DNA of 64,000 nucleotides from the NCBI GenBank assembly GCA_033762255.1, contig JANRLT010000072.1, forward strand, positions 31,156 to 95,155, given 5' to 3'. The position numbers and the translations under genes were made by a program. Under the pieces are notes generated by a model that saw only the letters and a program-made list of their open reading frames with translations, did no database searches and was not told the origin of the DNA. Positions 57,369-64,000 of this stretch are shown here, one piece after another; within the stretch, counting starts at the first letter, position 1; every line of letters begins with the position of its first letter. Origin of the DNA: Pirellulales bacterium (GTDB taxonomy: Bacteria > Planctomycetota > Planctomycetia > Pirellulales > JALHPA01).

Positions 57369-57536
57369 AAGCCGTAAGGTGCTAGCCCACGGTTAGAGCG
57401 GCAAATACCGTGGGTTAGCGCCCAACGTCTGATCAGCCCAATCTGAATTTTTAACTATAACACAGCGCTACGGCGACACTGCGTTTGCCACAATTCAAAA
57501 AACACGGTGGGATAGGTCGTGCCTGTGGCCCGCACA
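57369..57536 (+). repeat. Interspersed repeat family B, longest copy
   Basis: agccgtaaggtgctagcccacggt / accgtgggttagc 13-bp hairpin (12 of 13 paired). Then cgcccaacgtctgatcagcc...tttaactataa...ggtgggataggtcgtgcctgtggcccgca. Confidence 0.7.
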
Positions 57537-57660
57537 GAATTGAACGACATTGTCTCGCGAAATATCAAACACCTTTAACCCGCAAAGGAAAGGGGGATCA
57601 ACAATATTTCGCAAAACGCCAAAAGTTTGTTGGCTAATGATCCGGTATGGGCAGAGTCAG

Positions 57661-60600
57661 TTACCCCTGCCCCCCCAACAGCGAATCCAAGCCCGTTGGA
57701 CCGGGCTTGGCGCCGGAGTCTCCATTGGAGCCATTCCCACGGGAGGCATCGTCATCCCCCCCCGCCGCGTCCAGCAACGGAAACGCCCGTCCCAGCACAT
57801 CGCTCTTTTCAGCGACCAGCGCCTCCAAGGCTTGGGGACGAATGCGCACTTCGGACTGTTGAAAATGCTTAAATCCGGTTCCAGCGGGAATCAAGTGACC
57901 CAGAATCACGTTTTCCTTTAGCCCCACCAGGTTGTCCACCTTGCCAGCCAGGGCCGCCTCGGTCAAAACTTTGGTCGTTTCCTGGAAGCTGGCCGCCGAG
58001 ATAAAGCTGTTACTTTGCACCGACGCTTTGGTGATTCCCAGCAACTGCGTGCTGGCGGTCGCGGGCTTGGGCTTGGTCCCCTTGGCCGGTTTGCCCCCCA
58101 GTGTTTCGATCTGGGCGTTGACCTGTTCCAGGGCATCCTTGGGAACGATGGTCCCTGGCTCAAAGTCGCTGTCCCCCTTTTCGGTGATTTTCAGGCACTT
58201 TTGTAGTTCCTGGTTCACCTTGCGGAACTCAAACTTATCCATCACGCTACCGGGGAGCAGGCCGGTATCGCCGACACTTTCGATGCGGACTTTGCGGAGC
58301 ATCTGGGAGACGATGATTTCAATGTGTTTATCGTCAATTTCCACGCGCTGGGCACGGTACACATTTTGAATTTCACGGACCAGATACTGCTGGACGGCTT
58401 CTTCGCCGCTGATCCGCAAGATGTCATGCGGAACCAGGGGACCATCCACGAGGGCCTCGCCCGCTTTCACATAATCGCCCGTGTGCACGCGCAAATGCTT
58501 GCCGTGCGTGACCAAATGCTCGCGCTCCGTGCCGCTTTCGCTGCGGACAATCAATGTCCGTTTACCGCGGCGCTTTTCACCCAGGATTTCGACGACGCCG
58601 TCGATTTCGGCGATGATCGCGGGATCCTTGGGCTTGCGGGCCTCAAAAATCTCGGTCACGCGGGGCAACCCCCCCGTGATGTCGGAGGTGCCCGCGACTT
58701 CGCGGGGAGTCTTGGCCAGGAGGGAACCGCCGGTGATGCGGTCCCCCTCATTGACTTCGATATAGGCCTTTTCCGGCAGGTAATAGTAGTCCAGGATGTG
58801 GCCGCTTTCATCCTCGATCACGACCTGGGGATGATAGTCCCCTTTGTGCTCGATGATGACGCGGCGCATGTTGCCGCTGGCGTCCTTTTGCATACGGACG
58901 GTTTCGCCGTCGATGATGTCCTCGTAACGGACCTTACCGCCAACTTCCGCGATAATGGGAATACTGTGCGGATCCCAGGTGCACAACACATGTCCCTGCT
59001 TGATCTCTTGTCCCGACTCGACCATCAGGATGGCCCCGGCTGGAACTTCGTACTTATCCAGGTCGCGCCCCTTGGTGTCCTGGATGATAATTTCGCCGTT
59101 GCGGCTCAGCACGATGCTCTGGCCCTGGTCGTTCTTGACGATCTTAATCCGGGCAAGTTGAACCACGCCGGGCTTTTTGGCTTTGCTTTCATGCTCGAGC
59201 ACGGTCCGCACGCCCACCCCCCCGATATGGAAGGTGCGCATGGTGAGCTGCGTGCCGGGTTCGCCGATGGACTGAGCGCCGATAATGCCGACGGCCATGC
59301 CTTCTTCCACCATCGACCCCGTGGATAAGTCCATGCCGTAGCACAACCGGCAAATGCCCAGGGGGGCGTCGCAGGTCAGGGGACTGCGCACCTGGATTTT
59401 TTCCAGGCCGAGCGCCTCAATCCGGCGGCCGATTTCGCGCGTGATTAGTTCGCCTTCCTTGACGACGGGTTTGTCGTCCAGCGGGTTGACGATCGTCGCC
59501 CGCGAGACCCGCCCCCGAATGGAATCCGCCAGGCTGACCTCGACCTTTTCGCCGCGGTAAATGACCCCCTTGGTGATACCCTGCGTCGTGCCGCAATCGT
59601 GCATCGTAATAACCACGTTTTGCGCGACGTCGGCCAGTTTGCGCGTCAAGTAACCCGAATCCGCGGTCTTGAGAGCGGTGTCGGCCAGACCCTTGCGCGC
59701 CCCGTGGGTGGAGCTAAAGTACTCTAATACGGTCAGCCCCTCGCGAAAATTCGCCTTGATCGGCGTCTCGATGATCTTGCCCGAGGGCTTAGCCATCAAC
59801 CCGCGCATGCCAGCCAATTGGCGAATTTGCTCGACGCCGCCGCGGGCACCGGAATGCGCCATCAGATAAATGGGGTTGATATAACCATCCTTGCGAAAAT
59901 CCGTCTCCAGTTGGGCCATCATTTCCTTGGTGATGACCTCGCGGGCGTGCGTCCATTTATCCAGGACCTGGTTATAGCGTTCCAGCTCCGTCAGAGCGCC
60001 GCGCATGTACGCTTTGTTGATTTTCAACACTTCGCGCTCGGCGTCGCCAATGATTTTGGTCTTGGTATCGGGGGTGATCAGGTCGTCGGTGGCAAACGAC
60101 AAGCCGCTCATGGTGCTGCTGCGGAATCCCAGGCGATTCATATTGTCCAGCAGATCAATCGTCGCCCGCCGTCCCAAAATAGCGTAACAATCGCTGATCA
60201 CCTTGGCCAATTCGCTGCTGCGCATGGGGATATTGTAAAAAGGCATCCCCTCCGGCAACATGTCGTTAAACATGACCCGGCCCACGGTCGTTTCGATAAT
60301 GGCTCCCGGTTTGGCCTCTGCCGGATTATCGGTCTTTAGGCTGCGCTTCTTGGGCAGGCGGACCTTGATCTTGGCGTGGGTGTCGATCTTTTTCAACTGG
60401 AACGCCATGATCACCTCGTTGACCGAGCTAAAGATCATGCCGTCCCCGCGGCGGTCGGGAATCGTCGCCGTGATATAGTAGCAACCCATAACCACGTCCT
60501 GCGACGGGCTGATAATCGGCGCGCCGTTGGAGGGGCTAAAGATGTTATTTGTCGACATCATCAGGGTGTGGGCCTCCACCTGCGCCTCGATGGATAGCGG

Positions 60601-62007
60601 CAGGTGCACGGCCATTTGGTCGCCGTCAAAGTCGGCGTTAAAGCCCTTGCAAACCAGGGGGTGCAGCTTAATGGCGTTTCCCTCGACCAGAATTGGTTCA
60701 AACGCCTGAATGCCCATGCGGTGCAGCGTGGGGGCGCGGTTGAGTAGGACGGGGTGGTTGCGAATCACCTCTTCCAGGATATCCCATACTTCCTCGTCCT
60801 TCCGCTCTAGCATTTTCTTGGCGGATTTGATCGTGTCGGCGTGACCGAGCTCCTTTAAGCGGCGGATGATAAACGGCTGAAAGAGTTCGAGCGCGATTTT
60901 CTTGGGCAGGCCGCATTGATGCAGGCGCAATGTCGGCCCGACCACAATCACCGACCGGGCGGAGTAGTCCACCCGCTTGCCCAACAGATTTTCGCGAAAG
61001 CGGCCTTGCTTTCCTTTGATCATGTCGGTGAGCGATTTTAACGGGCGATTGCTGGATCCCAGCACCGGCCGTTTGCAGCGATTATTGTCAAATAGCGCGT
61101 CGACGGATTGTTGCAGCATGCGTTTTTCATTGCGGATGATGACTTCGGGCGCGTTCAGGTCCACCAGCTTTTTCAGGCGGTTGTTGCGGTTGATAATGCG
61201 GCGGTACAAATCATTTAGGTCGCTCGTCGCAAAATTACCACTATCCAGCAATACCAGCGGCCGCAGATCGGGCGGAATAACCGGAATGACATCCAGCACC
61301 ATCCACTCGGGCTTGTTGTCGCTATCGCGGATGCTTTCGACAATTTTCAGCCGATTGATCAGGTCTTTCTTTTTTTGCTTGGAATTGGTCTCCGCCAGCT
61401 CCTGCCGCAGATCCTTGGACAGTTGGACCAAATCGAGCGCGCCTAAGAGTTTGCGCACCGCCTCCGCCCCCATGTCCGCCTCGAACCCGCCGTCTCCGTA
61501 GGTTTCCCGCGCCTGGCGGTATTCCTCTTCGGTCAGCAGTTGCTGCCGCTTGAGCGGGGTATCCTTGGGGTCGATGACGACATAATCCTGAAAATAGATC
61601 ACTTTTTCCAGGCTGCTCGTCTTCATGTCCAAGAGGTTCCCCAGGCGGCTGGGCATCGCCTTGAAAAACCAAATATGGACGGTCGGGGCGGCCAGTTCGA
61701 TATGGCCCATGCGCTTGCGGCGCACGCGGCTGTGGGTAACCTTGACCCCGCAACGGTCGCAAATCATCCCCTTGTACTTCATGCCGCGGTATTTGCCGCA
61801 GGCACATTCCCAATCTTTTTCGGGGCCGAAAATGCGTTCGCAAAACAGCCCGTCCTTTTCGGGGCGGTAGGTGCGGTAGTTGATGGTTTCGGGCTTTTTG
61901 ACCTCGCCAAAGGACCAACTGCGAATGTCATGCGGGCGCGCCAAGCTAATCTTGACGCTGGTGTAGTCATTAATCCGATCGTAGGATGCTTCGCCGATTG
62001 TGCTCAT
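57661..62007 (-). CDS. rpoC: DNA-directed RNA polymerase subunit beta'
   Basis: [12 protein letters not shown] catalytic loop, a zinc-binding Cys cluster near the N-terminus, 1448 aa. gaggag SD 9 nt upstream of the ATG at 62007. Confidence 0.97.
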   Translation of the reverse strand: MSTIGEASYDRINDYTSVKISLARPHDIRSWSFGEVKKPETINYRTYRPEKDGLFCERIFGPEKDWECACGKYRGMKYKGMICDRCGVKVTHSRVRRKRMGHIELAAPTVHIWFFKAMPSRLGNLLDMKTSSLEKVIYFQDYVVIDPKDTPLKRQQLLTEEEYRQARETYGDGGFEADMGAEAVRKLLGALDLVQLSKDLRQELAETNSKQKKKDLINRLKIVESIRDSDNKPEWMVLDVIPVIPPDLRPLVLLDSGNFATSDLNDLYRRIINRNNRLKKLVDLNAPEVIIRNEKRMLQQSVDALFDNNRCKRPVLGSSNRPLKSLTDMIKGKQGRFRENLLGKRVDYSARSVIVVGPTLRLHQCGLPKKIALELFQPFIIRRLKELGHADTIKSAKKMLERKDEEVWDILEEVIRNHPVLLNRAPTLHRMGIQAFEPILVEGNAIKLHPLVCKGFNADFDGDQMAVHLPLSIEAQVEAHTLMMSTNNIFSPSNGAPIISPSQDVVMGCYYITATIPDRRGDGMIFSSVNEVIMAFQLKKIDTHAKIKVRLPKKRSLKTDNPAEAKPGAIIETTVGRVMFNDMLPEGMPFYNIPMRSSELAKVISDCYAILGRRATIDLLDNMNRLGFRSSTMSGLSFATDDLITPDTKTKIIGDAEREVLKINKAYMRGALTELERYNQVLDKWTHAREVITKEMMAQLETDFRKDGYINPIYLMAHSGARGGVEQIRQLAGMRGLMAKPSGKIIETPIKANFREGLTVLEYFSSTHGARKGLADTALKTADSGYLTRKLADVAQNVVITMHDCGTTQGITKGVIYRGEKVEVSLADSIRGRVSRATIVNPLDDKPVVKEGELITREIGRRIEALGLEKIQVRSPLTCDAPLGICRLCYGMDLSTGSMVEEGMAVGIIGAQSIGEPGTQLTMRTFHIGGVGVRTVLEHESKAKKPGVVQLARIKIVKNDQGQSIVLSRNGEIIIQDTKGRDLDKYEVPAGAILMVESGQEIKQGHVLCTWDPHSIPIIAEVGGKVRYEDIIDGETVRMQKDASGNMRRVIIEHKGDYHPQVVIEDESGHILDYYYLPEKAYIEVNEGDRITGGSLLAKTPREVAGTSDITGGLPRVTEIFEARKPKDPAIIAEIDGVVEILGEKRRGKRTLIVRSESGTEREHLVTHGKHLRVHTGDYVKAGEALVDGPLVPHDILRISGEEAVQQYLVREIQNVYRAQRVEIDDKHIEIIVSQMLRKVRIESVGDTGLLPGSVMDKFEFRKVNQELQKCLKITEKGDSDFEPGTIVPKDALEQVNAQIETLGGKPAKGTKPKPATASTQLLGITKASVQSNSFISAASFQETTKVLTEAALAGKVDNLVGLKENVILGHLIPAGTGFKHFQQSEVRIRPQALEALVAEKSDVLGRAFPLLDAAGGDDDASRGNGSNGDSGAKPGPTGLDSLLGGQG

Positions 62008-62124
62008 AGGGAATGCTCCTCAGCAAAAAATCGCGGTGAAATCCGCGCGGGATTCAAAGCTTATATGATTAAGGTTGGTTTGCTACTGTAAAGCGTGGCC
62101 GATCCAAAGGCGAATGTCGCCCCG

Positions 62125-64000
62125 CTAAATCCGCCGTTTTTCCAACTGCATGTTCAGCGCCAGGCCGCGAATTTCGTTGGTCAACACGTCAAAGCTGGCG
62201 GGCGTACCGGCCTCCAGTGTGTTTTCGCCCTTGACCATGCTTTCGTAAATCTTGGTCCGGCCCTCCACATCGTCGCTTTTCACCGTCAGCAGTTCTTGCA
62301 AAATATAGGCAGCGCCGTACGCCTCCAGCGCCCAAACCTCCATTTCGCCAAACCGCTGCCCGCCGAACCGCGCTTTCCCCCCCAGCGGCTGCTGGGTGAT
62401 CAGCGAGTAAGGCCCCGTGGAGCGAGCGTGAACCTTGTCATCCACCAGGTGATGCAGCTTTAACATGTAGATGTAGCCCACCGTTGTTTCCTGCTCAAAC
62501 GGTTCTCCGGTGCGCCCATCGTTAAGGCGCACTTTACCATGCTTGGGCAGGTTAGCCGCGGCAAAACACTGCCAGATGTCCTGTTCGCTGGCGCCGTCAA
62601 AGACCGGCGTCAACGCCTGAAAGCCCAACAGCGCCGCCGCCCAACCTAGGTGCGTCTCCAAAATTTGGCCCACGTTCATGCGGGAGGGGACGCCCAGCGG
62701 ATTGAGCATGATCTGGATAGGGGTGCCATCCGGCAAGAAGGGCATATCCTCGCGCGGGAGGACCTTTGCAATAACGCCTTTATTACCATGGCGACCGGCC
62801 ATTTTATCGCCAACGCTAATAACGCGTTTGGCGGCGATGTAGACCTTCACCATTTGCAGGACGCCGCTGCGCAGTTCATCCCCGCGCTTCATGCTGTTAA
62901 GCTTGCGTTCGCGGGCGTCAATCGCGTAATCGACCGCGGGCCACAGTTTTTTATACAGGGCCTCGACGTCGGCTTTCTTTTGGGGGCTGCGAATGTCCAG
63001 GTTGTCCAACTTAAAGTTGACCGCCTGATCCGCTACAAAGCGGTGCTCCTGGTCGCGCACCAGTGGATTACCGTCCTCGTCGGTTAATTTCTTGCCCAGC
63101 GTTTCCTCGATCTGGCCAATCAATTCGCCAAAGGCGGACGCGATGGCGGCGTTTCCTTCCGCTTCCGCGTCCTTCAGTTCTTTTTCAAACAGCTTGCGCT
63201 CCTCGTCGGACAGGCTCATCCGGCGGGAAAACTTTTGCGTGTCGATCACAATCCCCTCGATCCCGGAGGGAACCTCCAGCGAGTCGTTTTTGACATCCTC
63301 CCCCGCCCGTCCAAAAATCGCATGCAACAATTTTTCCTCGGGCGTCAGTTCTGTCTTGCTCTTGGGCGAGACCTTTCCCACCAGGATGTCCCCGGGACGG
63401 ACAAATGTTCCCACGCGGACGATGCCGCTTTCGTCCAGGTTGCGCAGCATTTTTTCGCTGACGTTGGGAATATCGCGGGTAAATTCCTCGCGTCCCAGCT
63501 TGGTCTCCCGAATTTCAATGTCAAATTCCTCGATATGGATGCTGGTGTAGACATCATCCTGGACCAACTCTTCGCTGATGATGATGGCATCCTCAAAGTT
63601 AAATCCGTCCCACGACATAAAGCCGACCAGCACGTTCCGACCCAGCGCCAGTTCACCCTGAAATGTCGCGGCCCCGTCGGCGATGACGTCCCCTTTTTCG
63701 ACTTTTTGGCCCAATTGCACGATGGGCTTTTGATTGAGGCAGGTTCGTTCATTAAGTCCCTTGAATTTGGTCAGGGGATAAACGTCGGATCCAATTTCGA
63801 TCCGGGTGGCATCAACAAAAGTCACAGTCCCTTTTTTATGCGCGCGGACCAACATGCCGGAGTTGCGGGCGACATCCCGCTCCATGCCGGTGGCCACAAC
63901 CGGTGGCTCGGTCACGAGCAACGGCACCGCCTGCCGCTGCATGTTGGAACCCATGAGCGCGCGGTTGGCGTCGTCATGTTCCAAAAAGGGAATCAATCCC
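62125..64000 (-). CDS. rpoB: DNA-directed RNA polymerase subunit beta (C-terminal about 625 aa; the 5' end lies beyond the window)
   Basis: [56 protein letters not shown]. Directly upstream of rpoC. Confidence 0.97.
   Translation of the reverse strand, partial: GLIPFLEHDDANRALMGSNMQRQAVPLLVTEPPVVATGMERDVARNSGMLVRAHKKGTVTFVDATRIEIGSDVYPLTKFKGLNERTCLNQKPIVQLGQKVEKGDVIADGAATFQGELALGRNVLVGFMSWDGFNFEDAIIISEELVQDDVYTSIHIEEFDIEIRETKLGREEFTRDIPNVSEKMLRNLDESGIVRVGTFVRPGDILVGKVSPKSKTELTPEEKLLHAIFGRAGEDVKNDSLEVPSGIEGIVIDTQKFSRRMSLSDEERKLFEKELKDAEAEGNAAIASAFGELIGQIEETLGKKLTDEDGNPLVRDQEHRFVADQAVNFKLDNLDIRSPQKKADVEALYKKLWPAVDYAIDARERKLNSMKRGDELRSGVLQMVKVYIAAKRVISVGDKMAGRHGNKGVIAKVLPREDMPFLPDGTPIQIMLNPLGVPSRMNVGQILETHLGWAAALLGFQALTPVFDGASEQDIWQCFAAANLPKHGKVRLNDGRTGEPFEQETTVGYIYMLKLHHLVDDKVHARSTGPYSLITQQPLGGKARFGGQRFGEMEVWALEAYGAAYILQELLTVKSDDVEGRTKIYESMVKGENTLEAGTPASFDVLTNEIRGLALNMQLEKRRI

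Noticed and set aside
57040-57660. A 620-bp gene-free region downstream of rpoC considered for a tRNA, tmRNA or other classical RNA gene
   Set aside because: I could find no tRNA-like acceptor or T-arm signatures (GTTCRANYC) and no tmRNA or RNase P hallmarks. Most of the region is occupied by a family B repeat copy.
58324-59328. 334-aa plus-strand ORF, plus others at 59818-60339, 61540-62091, 62650-63087 and 63092-63550
   Set aside because: They lie antisense to rpoC and rpoB, whose identity is unambiguous. The composition is that of a shadow frame.

Overview
This is a high-GC chromosomal segment, and its gene content points to a Planctomycetota (PVC) bacterium. The indicators are H4MPT-type C1 genes, futalosine-pathway genes, a PVC-type heme-binding dehydrogenase, a DUF1571-like protein, a PEP-CTERM protein, a Ser/Thr kinase with a large ectodomain, and a MoxR/DUF58/VWA operon. 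I call about 36 protein genes. Housekeeping anchors: rpsA, pyrF, mch, glgP, type III glutamine synthetase, rpoC, and the 3' part of rpoB (runs off the window). I found no rRNA, tRNA, CRISPR array, transposase or integrase.

The most system-like feature is a 14.4 kb six-gene minus-strand operon (9364-23760). Its order is BatA_N/VWA protein, doubly anchored VWA-like protein, 2-TM protein, a 1452-aa secreted coiled-coil protein with (GQGM)n and (GQPMGS)5 tracts, MoxR AAA+ and DUF58.

The second theme is a dense set of short structured repeats:
- Two inverted arrays of hairpin units abut the stop codons of convergent genes and bracket an AT-rich TPR gene; the hairpin shows a compensatory base-pair change.
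- A 142-bp MITE-like element with 24-bp terminal inverted repeats sits inside the operon.
- G-quadruplex-type tracts lie directly after stop codons, and C/U-rich tracts directly before start codons.
- Two about 100-nt structured interspersed families occur in 3-5 copies each.
- Two cases look like in-frame insertion or duplication of such repeats inside enzyme genes (a UbiA prenyltransferase and a RimK-type ATP-grasp ligase).

The ORF track uses longest ORFs with alternative start codons, so I trimmed several starts. All functional calls come from motif recognition by eye; no database search was run.
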